Positions 45,702 to 62,710 of a stretch of 64,000 bases of DNA are shown here, piece by piece. Position 1 is the first letter of the stretch; each line of letters begins with the position of its first letter. A model generated the notes under the pieces. That model was not told where the DNA came from, did not search any database, and worked only from the letters and a program-made list of their open reading frames with translations. A program made the position numbers and the translations under genes. The stretch is from the human T2T-CHM13v2.0 reference genome, Homo sapiens. The DNA lies in the NCBI RefSeq assembly GCF_009914755.1, contig NC_060928.1; one strand, given 5' to 3'.

Positions 45702-46972
45702 TTAAAAAAAACCCGCTGCAGAGAAGGGAAAGCTGAAGCTGAGAACTTAAGTAACTTTCCAGAGTCCAGTGAGTATTGTCTAAGGAGAGCCTATTACTAA
45801 AGAGTTCTTTGAGTTCTATCAAGGGCAATCTGGGTGGAATGGTTGGGAGATAATACCTATGGGAATGGGTTGATCAGTGAAAAGCACATGAAAAGACAGA
45901 CTCTACAGATGTTTGGCTGTGAAGGAAATGAGAGATAGGTGGTAGACAATTGGAGACCTCAAAAATGCCTTCAGTGGGTGATTCTCTGCCTGGTCTGCAA
46001 AGACCTCTTCTGATCTGGCCCTTTCCTGCCTCTTCCAACTTTTAAGCCAAAGACAGCACTCACTTCATACTTCCAGGCCTATAGGCTCACAACTCCTCCG
46101 GTCATCTTCCTTTTGTTTCAAGTTGACTCGTTCCTCAAAACTCAGTTCAGACTTCACTTCCATAGGAAGTCTTCTCAGCCTCATCTTCCTCAGTAAGTTT
46201 TCATCAAAAGTCACTTTTTGTAATTCTTTAAAAACCTAAACTGCCCAGCACAGTGCTAGGCACCTGCACAAGTGGTTCTCAGATACTCAGCGGGTAATGA
46301 ATGATTTTACCTGAAATACTTGGCTCACTTGATCAGAACCAGCATACTCACCACCCTGCTTTCCTGATGGTTCTCTCTCTTCTCCACATTCTGGTCTGAA
46401 TTATATGGAGCTGAGAGCCCTTGAGTGTATGGGAGGATGGAATTTAGAAGGTAAGTGCATGGTAAGGAAATTGAAGCCAAGAAGTTTCCATAGAAATGAG
46501 ACTTAGAGAGGTTTAGCCATAGAGAGATCTCAGAAAATAAATAACCTATTTATTTTCAGGAGAGAATAAATAGGTTTGTTGATTTATTTGTTCCTTTTAT
46601 CAAAATAGTTCATGTGAGAAACCTTGAGTATGTTTGTCATCAAAAGGTGAGGGGCTCATGAACAGGGGGGCTTGATGGGGGAAGTTATTAGAAGGAGTGG
46701 GGGTGGGGCAGATCAAGAGCCCGGAAGCTTTCGAAAGGGGGAAGTCCTTCCATTAGGTTGAAGAAATTAATCTGAGATGCCCTCCATCTTCTCCGCAGAC
46801 AGAAATATCTTCTTCATTACCCCCAAGGAGTTCCACCGCCTTGTTTACTGCTCAGTCCCCCAGAATGGCAGGCACGTAGTAGGGCTCAGTAAATATTTGC
46901 TGAATGAAGTTATGATCGAAAGAATACTAAGCATAGACTCCAGGATAAGGTAAGTAATATAGAGTTCCACAG

Positions 46973-47384
46973 TGGGCAGGTCTATGCAAACCTACCCCAA
47001 AGTCCGAGGAAGCTGAGAGGGCGAAGAAAGAGGCTGAGAAATCTGGTTTCTTAGAAAGAAACATTTAATAGATACTTATGAACACTAGCCTTGTATGTGT
47101 CTCAGGTGGCATGAGGCAATATGGTGGATTCCCCACCATTACGCCCATGACCCAGGGCTTAAATACTACAGGGAAAGGAGTGGCTCAGAAGGGATTTGTA
47201 GAACAATTGAAGTATTATAACATCAAGGTTATTTGACCTAAGGGCAGGACTGAGGGTTAGTATGTACTCTTACACAGGGAACAATAGATAAATTGGAAAT
47301 CTCAGAGGCCTTCCCAGAACTGGGGTTAATCAGAAGCTAACATGGTGAATTAGCACCCAAGATAGAATTGCTTGGGCCTCCACA
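46973..47384 (-). mobile_element. Probable ERV solo LTR (family not assigned)
   Basis: TG...CA ends, ~410 bp, ATTAAA on the minus strand near 47064-47069; resembles ERV LTR sequence. Confidence 0.55.
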
Positions 47385-48729
47385 TGTAGCCTGGTCTTAT
47401 TTAGAACAGGATTTCTTTGGGAACATTTACATTCCTTCCATGTCCACAAACACTTTTTACAATAAAGGCAAAGCTGTTTTTTCTAACCAGATTATACTTC
47501 AGTGTCCTCCCAGCCCCTCACTATGGGTCACTTCCACAGCTTTAACAATCCCACCACCACCTGGTGGGAGGGTCAGGATTCCGAAGCGGCACCCTGAATG
47601 AGACTTCTCTCAGAGGGGCAGCACCCTATAATTCTCTTTGGTCCTGTCCTCCTAGAAAGCTGTAACCCATGTGGCCAATTGAAAACAAGGTAAGACTGTT
47701 CTAAATGCCCTTGCTGCACAGTTTTTCCCCAGTCAGGACTGAGGGTTTCACTCTTCCACTTTTCGGAAAATTAGGTAGACAGCCAGATTAGGGTTTACAC
47801 TGGCAGGGCCACAGGCATAGCATCCTCCTAGCGGTGGCTGTGGTACTCTATAATCATAAAGCACTAAGAAAGTGCTGGACATAGCTTACTGTCACCAGTG
47901 GCCAAAAAGAGGTAGGCTGTAAGGAACTGACCAGCACAAAATTCTTTACTCAATTGTTAAGCCTTTCAAGATCTACATGAACTAGGTAAATGGATTCAAA
48001 AGTCTCAAGGGTGCTAATGGATTCAAATGATCACAAATGTCTTGTGCTTTTTTTTAAACGGAATTCTGGTTCAACTGAAACCTTTGAAAAATGTGACACT
48101 GCAGATGTTTCCATTTTCAGCATTGTATTCATTGCCATTTGGACTTTTTAAATAAAAAGGGAAACACAAGGATAGCTTAATTATCTTTGAGGAGCACAGT
48201 CATTATGACCATTTGACAGAAATCACTGATAAAGTAAGGAGTTTCAATTTATAAATAGGGTAGATTCCTATAGGTTATTACAACTTTTTAAAGAGCTATT
48301 GTTTTTATGTCTAAGCACAAAGCATCACAATTTCTGTATGTTTTTAATATTTTTAATTAAATCATAACATGCATACAGAAAAGTACATAAATGTTAAGTA
48401 AATTGTCACAAAGGAAATACACTTGTGTAATTACCAGACAGGGTGAAAGAACAAAACATTATCAGCATCACTAAACCCCCACCCTTCTCTGATTCTTCCA
48501 ATCACTATCCCCTCTTCCCCATGGGTAACCCCTATTCTGACTTCTAACACCATAGCTTACTTTTGCTTGGGTTTTTTGTTTGTGTATGTTTATATAACTA
48601 AAACCATGTAGGGTGGGCTCCTTTAATCTCAGCTACTTGGGAGGCTGGGGGAGGAGGATACACTTGAGCCCATGTTTGAGTCAGGCCTGGGCAGCAAATG
48701 AAATCCCATATATATATATATATATATGC

Positions 48730-49015
48730 GGGGCGCAGCGGCTCATGCCTGTAATCCCAGCACTTTGGGAGGCCGAGGCGGGTGTATCACCTGAGGTCAG
48801 GAGTTCAAGACTAGCCTGGCCAACATGGTGAAACCCCATCTCTACTAAAAATATAAAAATCAGCCAGGCATGGTAGCAGGCACCTATAATCCCAGCTACT
48901 CAGGAGGCTGACGCAGGAGAACCTGGGAGGCAGAAGTTACAGTGAGCTGAGATCGCACCACTTCACTCCAGCCTGGGCGACAGAGCAAGACTCCATCACA
49001 GAAGTAATAATAATA
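48730..49015 (+). mobile_element. Alu preceded by a FLAM-like monomer and (TA)n
   Basis: Dimer with an (AAT)n tail. Confidence 0.9.
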
Positions 49016-49017
49016 GA

Positions 49018-50504
<1,487 letters not shown>

Positions 50505-50766
50505 TCATTGCTGTATAGTATTCTATTATATGAAGATGCCACAGTTTATTTACAAATTCAACATTGATGGATTTGGGCTTGCTTCTAGTTTGAGACTATT
50601 ACCAAAAATGCTACTATGAACATTCTTCTGTGTATCCTTTGGTGTACATATGCACACATATCTGATTGGTAGATACCTAGGTAAAATTGCTGGGTCATAG
50701 GATGTGCATATGTTCAACTTTATAATGCCAAGCAGGTTAAAGGTATCATATCAACGTTCCCACTAG

Positions 50767-51136
<370 letters not shown>

Positions 51137-51462
51137 TAACTTTAGCAATTTTGGTGAGTATACAGCTGTATTTCATTGTGGTTTTAATTTAAAATACTGT
51201 CTTTTAATAAGGAACCAATTGGGTTTCCTTTTATAGCAGAAAAGAGGGAACCATTTATAACTTGGTAATGCTCATAAAAATATTTTTGGCAACGAGTCCA
51301 CATCATCCTATTTCCTTTTAGGATGGTGTTGATGATCAGTCCATGTCCCAACTAATACAAAAATAACAACATAGGATGTGACAGGGCCGTCCAAACCATC
51401 TGTTAAGCAGAAGGACTCATTTAATCTCCTTGAAACAAAGAATGATAGAAAAATGAAGAGCA

Positions 51463-51795
51463 GCCGGGTACAGTGGCTCATGTCTGTAATCCCAGCACTT
51501 TGGGAGTCCGAGGCAGGAGGATTGCTTGAGGCCAGGAGTTTGAGACCAGCCCTGGCAACATAGCCAGGCTAAAGTTTGCTAAAGTTAAAAAGCCTGACAA
51601 TATTAAGTATGAGGAGAATATGAAACATTCCTTAAACTCTCATCTCTATAAACAATTTTTGAAATTAGCTGCCACTTAGGAGACTGAGGTGGGAGGATCA
51701 CCCTTAAGCCCAGGAGGTCAAGTCCACACTGCAGCCTGGGCAACAGAGCAAGACCTTGTCTCAAATAAAAAAAAAAAAAAAAGAAAAAAGAAAAA
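51463..51795 (+). mobile_element. Rearranged Alu with a non-Alu internal insert and deletions
   Basis: Left arm to ~51563, foreign segment to ~51635, then a deleted right arm and A tail. Confidence 0.8.
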
Positions 51796-52515
51796 TGAAT
51801 AGTCAAAAACTATAAGCAATAACAGAGAACCACCTTTTAAAAAATTAAATGTAAAATGTAGAATAATTGTATAGTTCAACTTGGCTCATCTAATACAACC
51901 AAATGAAAGCCAAGAGATTAGATGATTAAGACCCATACCAGTTATAGACAGAGCCAGAACTAGAAGTCTAGTCCATACACCCATGGCTTTTTATACCCTA
52001 CCCAGAATTTTATTCAACATACTTAAGTCTAAAATTTCTCTTTGAACTCAATTTAATTGGCCAAAGTTCAGATTAATTCTGTAAATGCACTTAGCTAAGC
52101 GTGAAAAAGATCAGTATGTTCATATGCTGTAATTATATAGCCATGCTTTCTCTCCCTGACTAATTAGGAGACAACTCAACACTGAAATCCAGTCCCAACA
52201 GAACATGTTATCTGGCTATCACTCTGCAGAAAGACAAAAGCAGTCTATCTAAATTCCCACTACTTTCTTTGCCAGCAAGTCAAGGCTTAGAGTTTTATAA
52301 AGCAATCCATGTATATACTTAGCTTTCTTTTCCTCTGTGAACTCGAGGGGGCTAGCTCCATAATGCAATAGCTTTCTTATAGGAAGATGTCACCGCTGGC
52401 CAACTGTCAGTGGAGCATGGACTTTAAGTCAAGGCTCTGCACCAATCAAATACATTCATCCAGAACTGCTAGGTAACAAAATAAAGCTAATTTGTCCCTA
52501 TAAGGTTTATGGTTT

Positions 52516-52747
52516 GAGTCTCTGCTAACAGCATCAGCAAACCAGCTACAGACTCTTTCACTCACCTTGAACTGGAAAATAGACATTGTTTTCTATTTCA
52601 CTGTGGCATTCAGGTACTATACCCCCTAAATCAAAGGCCCCACAATGGTAGCTCACAGAAATATTTGGTTTCACTATCACTGGTTTAAATTTGAATTAGA
52701 GCCAACACTTGAAATCTAGCAAGTTTACACAAAAATTCAGATTATCA
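52516..52747 (+). repeat. 232-bp direct repeat, copy 1
   Basis: Ungapped match to 54255-54486, about 14 mismatches by hand count. Confidence 0.95.
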
Positions 52748-53737
52748 TCTTCTCTTAAACCATGAAAAGCTTTAGCCATTCAGGGTCAAGATTCCTGTTA
52801 AGGGCCAGGTGTAGCTGAAAGAGAGTGGCCTCCCTGAGTGGAGACAGGTCTCAGTAGTTCACCACAGTCTCTTGTCCAGGCCTCTTCACTGCTTTATTCT
52901 CCCTTCCCTGCCCTCCATAGGCATTTGAGTTTATAACCCCTTCCCTAATCAAATGGCCTCAAGATCAGATTTCTGCCTGGAGAAAACAATGGTTGCACAT
53001 TGCCAGCAATTTTTTAAAGTCTCAAAACAGGCTGCATATGATTGTGATACCTGCAGGGCCCTGGTGGATTGCCCAACCCTGCCCTTATTCATTCCCTTTC
53101 TATGGATTGGATATTGGTATCACACAGAGCTCCACTGGCGAACAACCCAGCCAGAGAGATCGGGAACTTCTGTCGTGCCCCATGAACCCAACTTCCATTC
53201 CTTCTTCCCAAGTACTGCACACGGGCAGAAAAGTGCTGAGAGATGTAATTCAGTTTTCTGTAATCTGCAAGAAATTCAATGGACAAGGAGATCTGCGTGT
53301 CTGACTCTCCTTTTAAGCCTCTGTATGTTTCCCCTGTGAACCAGTGAATTCAACAATGCTATTTAAAATTCAATAAAGACAAATGAAATTATAAAAATGG
53401 ATAATCACTTTTATGGAAAATCAACTAAACAAATATTTTGCTCAGAATGTCAAGTATTAGGGGACTTGAATAAAATATTGAAAGTGCATTCCCTAGGGGA
53501 GAAGAACAATTCAAAAATAGAGCATATGGCAACAGTGCTAATTGATATTTCAAATACAAATGGCACTCCATGTCCTAATGGAAGAGGAGCTGTGTTACCT
53601 GATGAGATGACACAAATTGCGCAGTGGGGGTCTCAAGGGCCCAGTGGACAGCAGCTGTGCAGGATCTGAGGCTATGGATATGAGCAACATTGTGTCCCTG
53701 GCAATCCACAGGGGAAATTAGTTCACATATAGAACTA

Positions 53738-54116
<379 letters not shown>

Positions 54117-54254
54117 TCAACAAAAATGCAGCACCACAGGGAGTTCAGTACTGCATAGAACTACTCCTGTCTGTTGGGCTCTTGTTGAAGGATCTAATTT
54201 ATCTACCCTCCCTTCTCTTGAATCACCAATAGTTGATCGTGTGGTATCATTTTG

Positions 54255-54486
54255 GAGTCTCTGTTAAGAGCATCAGCAAACCAGCTACAGACTCTTTCAC
54301 TCACCTTGATCTGGGAAACAGACGTTCTTTTCTATTTCACTGTGGCATTCAGGTAATATACCCCCTAAATCAAAGGCCCCACAATGCTGGCTCACAGACA
54401 TATTTGGTTTCACTATCACTGGTTTAAATTTGAATCAGCGCCAACACTTGAAATCTAGCGAGTTTACACAAAAATTCAGATTATCA
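54255..54486 (+). repeat. 232-bp direct repeat, copy 2
   Basis: Ungapped match to 52516-52747. Confidence 0.95.
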
Positions 54487-54677
54487 CTGAATTATCACCT
54501 GCTCAGGTGTGCATCCACTCAGTCATTTATTCCCAAGCTCTTTTTTGTGGGTTTTTTTTTCAACCTGTCTTATGCAGCTGACATTCCCAGGCTCTAATGA
54601 GGTTGCCCCATAAGGCTATCCATTCCACAGCCATTTTAGAAATCTCTAGAAAAGTGTGTTAGAAGTGAAGATTATTT

Positions 54678-55024
<347 letters not shown>

Positions 55025-55493
55025 TAGTAGGTCCAGGTGGAGACCAGGAATTTACATATGAAGCAGTACCTCCAGAGGATTCTGACTTACATGGTCTGTG
55101 GCCATACTTTGAGAAACACTGTCTCAGAAGGCTGATGGCAAAATTTCATAATTCCATCTCCAGCATCAATTTTTAAAACATGCATTTAATACATTGTCAA
55201 ATATGTGTTTAGAATTCATAATAATACAAAACCTGTCCCATCATTATTGGAGGTTGTTTTCCTATGAAATTTGATAAATAAAGGAAAAGAAAAATAATGT
55301 GTCCTGCCTTTGCTATATGAACTGTTTTTCAGAGTAACCAAATAGTATATGAGGAAAAGTCCATCCTTATAGAAGCCCGGCTAATAAATACGGAAAGAAT
55401 GATTTAAAAATTTTTAAATCACTATTTTACAATTACTAACATAAAAAGTTGTATAAGGAATGAACATAAATGGATGTCAAGGCTAAAGGGTGA

Positions 55494-55807
<314 letters not shown>

Positions 55808-56556
55808 TGGGTGATGGCTAACTTTATACTGAAGGGATCAGATTTACACCACCTGAGCCCACTGATGAAGCCCAGAAAAATGGGGCAAATACGACAATGT
55901 GTACCTCGTGATATGATGCGCCAGGAAGTATAAAGTTTTCTTGTACAAAAAAGTCAATGTGAATTTCATCAAGTCACTTTATAGGAAATATGAGAGAAAA
56001 AGAAATAAGTTAAATTACACTAAAATGATGTAATAAGACAAATCCAGAACGTGGGTCATGTGTAAAATTTGGACAATTAATCCAGTTTCTACAACAAATC
56101 CCTCGTCAGATGAGGGAAGACGGTCGTTACAAACTAAAAGAGACTAACTAAATGCTATGTATAGGTCTTATTTGAAACCTGATTAAAAGAAACTGAGTGT
56201 AAAAAGACAGCTCTGAGATGCTCAGAGGAATCAAGTATTTTTGCAAACACTTGAGCAAAAGTAAGGGTAGATGGTCAGATGAAATGAGACTAACAAAATA
56301 TTGCTAACTGCTGAAGCTTGATGCTGTGTATATGGTTTATTATACTGTTTACTTTTGGGTATGCTTGACATTTTCCACAACAAAAAGTTTTTAAAATATG
56401 CTTTAGCTCTAGGCACCTGCCTCTTCCAAGTCAGGCTAATGAAGTCAAGAAGACTTAGCAAGAAGTTGAAGTTCTTATTACTCAGGAATTAAACATTTCT
56501 TTCAGGTAATAACTCCCCTATAAATGTCCTTCTAGAAAGTCAAAACTCAGTTTTCA

Positions 56557-56890
<334 letters not shown>

Positions 56891-57596
56891 GAAAAGAAGT
56901 CCTTGAGTCAAAGCCTAAAAAAGCACTGGTGGTTTTTTCCTGTACTGCATTACTCTCTTCTCTAAAAGCTTAATGAGATGCATGGAGTAACTGGAACTCC
57001 ATTTATATTGTTGGCTGCTCGAGAACCATTGAAAGACCCTAAAAAGCATCACATAGCTATTAAGTGAAAGCAAACTCTTTGCATTAAATAAGGAAAAAAA
57101 ACAGCTGTCTAGACTCAGAAGTTTTTGGTGTTGTAAGATGCACTATTTAAATAATGATAAAATGTTGAAACAAGAATGGTTGTACTTCACTGTCACATAT
57201 TTCTAGAATAAAAGGATAGTTACCTTAGAATGCTGCATCTATAACTTACTTTGTTCTTGTTCACCTTGAAGAAAATGGATTCAGAATTTAAATTTCCTGA
57301 ATGAAAACTACTCTAATTAATTAATCTGATTGCATTTGTAAATTCTGAAGTCACTACTGTAAAAATGTGTGTAGTAATTTAATTCTTAGAGACCATTTGG
57401 TTTTCATTGCCTTTAATGTTAAATTGGCTACTTCACTCACTCCCGGGTAGTTAACATTCACAACACAATTCTCTTGTCCAACATTCTTTCAAATGTCTGT
57501 TTCCACTCCAGAAGACATCAGCCAGTATGCTTAGGCCGTTTTTAGTAATTCTGTAAGTAATATTTCTAACTTTACTTTTTAAAAAGTCTTCATCAA

Positions 57597-57896
57597 GGCT
57601 GGGTGCAGGTCTCATGCCTGTAATCCCAGCACTTTGGGGAGGCCAAGGTAGGAGCATTGCTTGAGTCAAGGAGTTCGACATTAGCCTGGGCAACATAGTA
57701 AGACCTCATCTCTACAAAATATAAACAAAATTAGCTGGGCGTGGTGGCACATGCCTATAGTCCTAGCTACTCAGGAGGCTGAGAGGAGAGAATCATTTGA
57801 GCCTGGGAGGTCAAGGCTATAGTAAGCTGTGATGTGCACTGCACTCCAGCCTGGGCAACAGAGTGAGATCTGTCTCAAAAAAAAAAAAAAAAAAAA
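57597..57896 (+). mobile_element. Alu (AluJ-like)
   Basis: Dimer; TSD aaaaagtctt. Confidence 0.92.
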
Positions 57897-58035
57897 GTCT
57901 TAGTCAATAACCTTTTTGTGGCTTTCCTGTGAAATGCCAAGTGCCATTAAAATAAAAATTTTGGATACCTGCCAGTGTTGCCCACATTGTGTTCTGGGAA
58001 TACCTACATCAGAATCAAGAGGTATGTTAAAAATG

Positions 58036-58332
<297 letters not shown>

Positions 58333-59201
58333 GTAGATTCTTGGGTCCCCTCTTGAGCCTATGAAATCAGACTTGTGATGGGGCCTGGAATTCTTTACCT
58401 TCAGCAAGTGTGTCAGGTGACTCTTTCACACACTAAAGTTTGACAAACAAGTTTCCAAGATCATGAGGTTCATGGGGTTTCTCTTGCATTTACAAGAAAA
58501 ACAGAGGATAGAGAAACAAGTTTAATGGTACCATGAATAAAGCAACCAGCGAAATCTGGCATGTGGAAAACTCTGCAGGAAAACTGACCTGCTTTCTTAA
58601 AAAAGTCCAAGGCATATCCATCAACTCATGAATAGAGAAACAAAATATGGGCCCATAGAATGCAATATTATTCAGGCATGAAATAGATGTACTGATATCT
58701 CCTACAACATAGACCTTGAAAACATTACGCTAAGTGAAAAAAGACAGTTACAAAAGGCTACATCTTGTGTGGATTTCATTTACATGAAATATCCAGAATG
58801 GGGCAAATCCATACATAGAAATTAGGGTTGCTGAGGGGAAGAGAGATGGGGAAAAGTTAAACATAAAAATGTTCTGGAATTAGATCATGGTGAGTGATCA
58901 CATAACTCTATGAACATACTAAAAGCCACTGACTTGTGCATTTAAAAGGGTGACTTTTATGACACCTGAATTATATGTCACAAACTGTTATTAAAAAGTT
59001 AAAGGCATAAAAAAGGGTCATTTTTTCTAGACTAAAAAAGGCTTAAAAAATACAAAGGAGGCATAAGAACTAAATAAAATGAATAGACTTTGTTTGAATC
59101 CTAATTCAAGTAAACTTTAAAGTGACATTTTTAGACAATGGGGGAATTTGAATGTGGATTTGGCAATCATCTGGCTTTGTTGTCAGGTATGATTGTTATT
59201 T

Positions 59202-59719
59202 TGTATTAGGGTTCTCTAGAGGGACAGGACTAATAGAATAGATGTATATATGAAGGGGAATTTATTAAGGAGTATTGACTCACACGATCACAAGGTGAAG
59301 TTCCCCAGTAGGCTATTTGCAAGATGAGGAGCAACGAATGCAGTCCGAGTCCCAAAACCTGAAAAGTAGTGCCGCCTTCGGTCTGTGGCCGAAGGCTCAA
59401 GAGCCCCTGGCAAACCACTGGTGTAGGTCCAAGAGTCCAAATGCTGAAGAACTTGGAGTCTGATGTTCAAGGACAGGAAGCATCCCGCATGGGAGAATGA
59501 TGGAGGCCAGAAGACTTAGCCAGTCTAGTCCTTCCACTTTCCTCTGCCTCCTTTTATCCTAGCCGTGCAGGCAGCTGATTAGATGGTGACCACCCAGATT
59601 GAGGGTGGGTCTGCTTCTCCCAGTCTGCTGACTCAAATATTAATCTCGTTTGGCAACACCCTCACAAGCACACCCAGGATCAATACTTTCTATCCTTCAA
59701 TTCAATATTAAGCATCACA
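59202..59719 (-). mobile_element. MLT2-type (ERV-L) solo LTR
   Basis: tgtattagggttctctagagggacag...cacccagattgagggtgggtctgc...catcaca. Confidence 0.85.
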
Positions 59720-59937
59720 CTTTTCTTTTGAGATGAATACTAAAATATTCAGGAGTGAAATAACATAATATCTGGGATTTGCTTTAAAAATACTTTGACA
59801 AAAAGGGGTGCTAGATGGGACAAATATGCAAAGTAAATGTTTTTGGTTAATGATTGTTGGCTGGAAGATAAATATATAGGGGCTTATTGAACTTTTTTTG
59901 TGTATGTTTGAAAATCTTCATAATAAAAAGTTCAGAA

Positions 59938-60165
59938 TAGCCCAGAAGTTCAAGACCAGCTTGGGCAACATGGTGAAACCCTGTTTCTACAAAAATTAAT
60001 ACAATTAGCCAGGTATGGTGGTATGCACCTGTAGTCCCAGCTACTCAGGAGGCTAAGGCAGAACAATCACTTGAGCACTCTTGTGATCAAGGCTGCTTTG
60101 AGCTATGAGTGCACCACTGCACTCCAGCCTGCATGAGAGAGTGATACCCTGTCTAAAAATAAAAA
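59938..60165 (+). mobile_element. 5'-truncated Alu
   Basis: Partial left arm plus right arm. Confidence 0.85.
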
Positions 60166-60697
60166 AGTTAAGACTAAACAAACTCAGGATTTCTTGATTG
60201 TCTTATTTTGCTGTGATTCAAAAAATTGCACTTGTACTACTGAACACCAAAGGTGTTAGGGTAAGATTGAAGGGCAAATATTAGAAGCTAGTTCTTACTT
60301 TTTAGCTCTTCTGCAAGGAAGGGCCAGAGGGATGAATTTTGAATGCTTCTATTAACTGGGAGAAATTAATGGACAGAATAGTAAGGCATTGGGTTTAAAC
60401 TTTCTTGGTCATTTTTTTTTAAAGAAAGACCGCTTAAATTGACATTCTAAGCCACTTGAAATTCTAAGAGCATGAAATTATTGTTTACTAAGTGTTCTGT
60501 TGATATCCATTCTAAGTAATGAATTAATTTTGCATCAAAATAAACTTGTGTTGGATTCAACATTTTATTTTGGAGGGCTTCCTATGGTGATATATTGCTT
60601 CTAGAACCTAGTTTTACTCTTATAATCTTGTTAAAGATATTTACCTGCCTTAAAAATATACTACTGTTTATATACATACACACATAAACATATGCAC

Positions 60698-61694
60698 TGA
60701 GAAAAGAAAAATAGTTTAGAGCAAGTAATCCCATTACTGAGTATATACCCAAAGGAATATAAATCATTCTATTATAAAGACACATGCACATGTATGTTCA
60801 TTGCAGTACTATTCACAATAGCAAAGACATGGAATCAACCCAAATGCCCATCAATGATAGACTGGATAAAGAAAATGTGTTACATATACACCATGGGATA
60901 CTATGCAGCCATAAAAAGGAACAAGATCATGTCCTTTGCAGGGACATGGATCCTCAGCAAACTAACACAGAAAGAGAAAAACAAACACTGCATGTTCTCA
61001 TTTATAAGTGGGAGCTGAACAATGAGAACACATGGACACAGGGAGGGGAACAACACACACTGGGGCTTCTCTGTGGGGGTGGGGTGGTGGAGAGCATTAG
61101 GATAAATAGCTAATACATGCAGGGCTTAATACCTAGGTGATGGATTGACAAGTGCAGCAAACCATCATGGCACACGTTTACTTATGTAACAAGCCAACAT
61201 ATCCTGCACATGTATCCCAGAACTTAAAATAAAGTAAAATAAAATTTTTTTAGAAAAGAAAGAAATACAGTTCAGGACAGTTTGAGCTATGTGAAGTACA
61301 CAAAATTTATAGCCCAGAGAGACACGAGTATGGAACTTCAGTCATATCCCCTGACCCAGTGCCTATGCCTTGGGGATCATTGTTTAAAGTCATTTTGTTA
61401 CTAGCTAGCTGCCTCACCCATTATCTTCATGTTCCTAGAATTTGTGACATAAAGAACTATTTGTAGCCAATCAATAGCTTATGTTATTTTAATGTAAATT
61501 CTTGATAAACAAGTTACAAACTGCTTCTTTTTTCCTTTTAAAACCCACTTGTAATTGCCACTAATCAGAGTGTATATTCAGGGCAACTTGAATTTATTTG
61601 AGCTCAGAGCTTGAGGAGGCCATCCTCAAGCTCTGAGCTCAAATAAATTCTCTACTTAATTATATTTTCTGAATCTCATTCTGTAAAGTTGACA
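60698..61694 (+). mobile_element. ERV1 5' LTR (LTR54-like), interrupted near its start by the L1
   Basis: TGAGAAAAGAAAAATAG start repeated after the L1; CCAAT, AATAAA at 61642-61647, ends TGACA, followed by a PBS. Confidence 0.7.
60722..61245 (+). mobile_element. L1PA-type 3' end (ORF2 C-terminus remnant and 3' UTR)
   Basis: ORF 60794..61018 (MFIAVLFTIAKTWNQPKCPSMIDWIKKM) is typical of the L1 ORF2p C-terminus; ends aacttaaaataaa. Confidence 0.92.
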
Positions 61695-61697
61695 TTT

Positions 61698-61715
61698 TGG
61701 TGATCCAGCTGGGAC
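61698..61715 (+). other. Primer-binding site, tRNA-Arg(CCG)-like
   Basis: TGGTGATCCAGCTGGGAC starts 3 nt after the LTR end; 15/18 match to TGGCGACCCAGATGGGAC, the recalled complement of the tRNA-Arg-CCG 3' end. Confidence 0.65.
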
Positions 61716-62269
61716 CTGAAGCAGATCTCCAGTGATCCTCAGCGTTTTGCCTACAGCCCTGGTATCAGCACAAATGACTTTGTTCATCTGACCTTGCCAG
61801 AGTCACTAGGGTTCTCTGGTAAGGCCCTTGGTGGGTTTAAATCCTCTGTGATGGTTAAGGACTCAGAATTGATTCAAGCTACACACATTTCTACCCAATG
61901 GGGTTGGAATTGAAGCTCTACTTTAAGGTAGGTGGTACATTTGTTATTCTCTAGAGATTCTGCTGATTGCAGATTTGTGACTTTCATATTTCTCTGAGGT
62001 TAAGGGTTTGTTTCTAATTACTCCTTAAAGTTCTTCAACTTTTCTGTATTTGAAATTTTGGTCAGGGAGAAAACAGTTTCCCTCCGAAAAAAGAAAGTGA
62101 AATCTCTGTGGCTGAAGCAAAAAAATTATAATTTGAAAAACTGGCCAGATTCTGAAGCTCAGTTCAGTTGACAAGTCTAAACTTTTTTCTTGAATGACCA
62201 AAATTTCTCCCAGTAGGTCTTTCAGAAGGAAAGTCTAAATTACAGACATTAGTACTATGATAACCAAGT

Positions 62270-62676
62270 TCTGTTAGTCCATTCTTGTGTTGCTATAAAG
62301 AAACATCTGAAGCCGGGTAATTTATAAAGGAAAGAGATTTATTTTGGTGCATGGTTCCGCAGGTTGTACAGGAAGTGTGGTATCAGCATTTGCTTCTGGT
62401 GAGGGCCTCAGGAACCTTACAATCATGGCGAAAGGTAAGGGGGAGTAGGCGCATCACATGGCAAGGTGGGCGGGGGAGGTGCCACATTTTTTTAAACAAC
62501 CAGCATTCATGGGAACTGCCAGAGCAAGAACTCACCCTTTACCATGGGAATGGTATCAAGCCATTCAAGAGGGATCTGCCCCGATAACCCAAACATCTCT
62601 CACCAGGCCCCACCTCCAACATTGGGGATTACATTTCAACATGAGATTTGGAGGGGCAAACATCCAAACTATACCA
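62270..62676 (-). mobile_element. MST-type solo LTR inserted in the ERV leader/gag start
   Basis: ttagtccattcttgtgttgctataaag...atccaaactatacca. Confidence 0.85.
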
Positions 62677-62710
62677 TGAGACTTTCTCTTTAAGAAGAAA
62701 TCGACCACTA

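Noticed and set aside
60784-61113. Overlapping ORFs suggesting a gene
   Set aside because: L1 ORF2 C-terminal remnant and 3' UTR.
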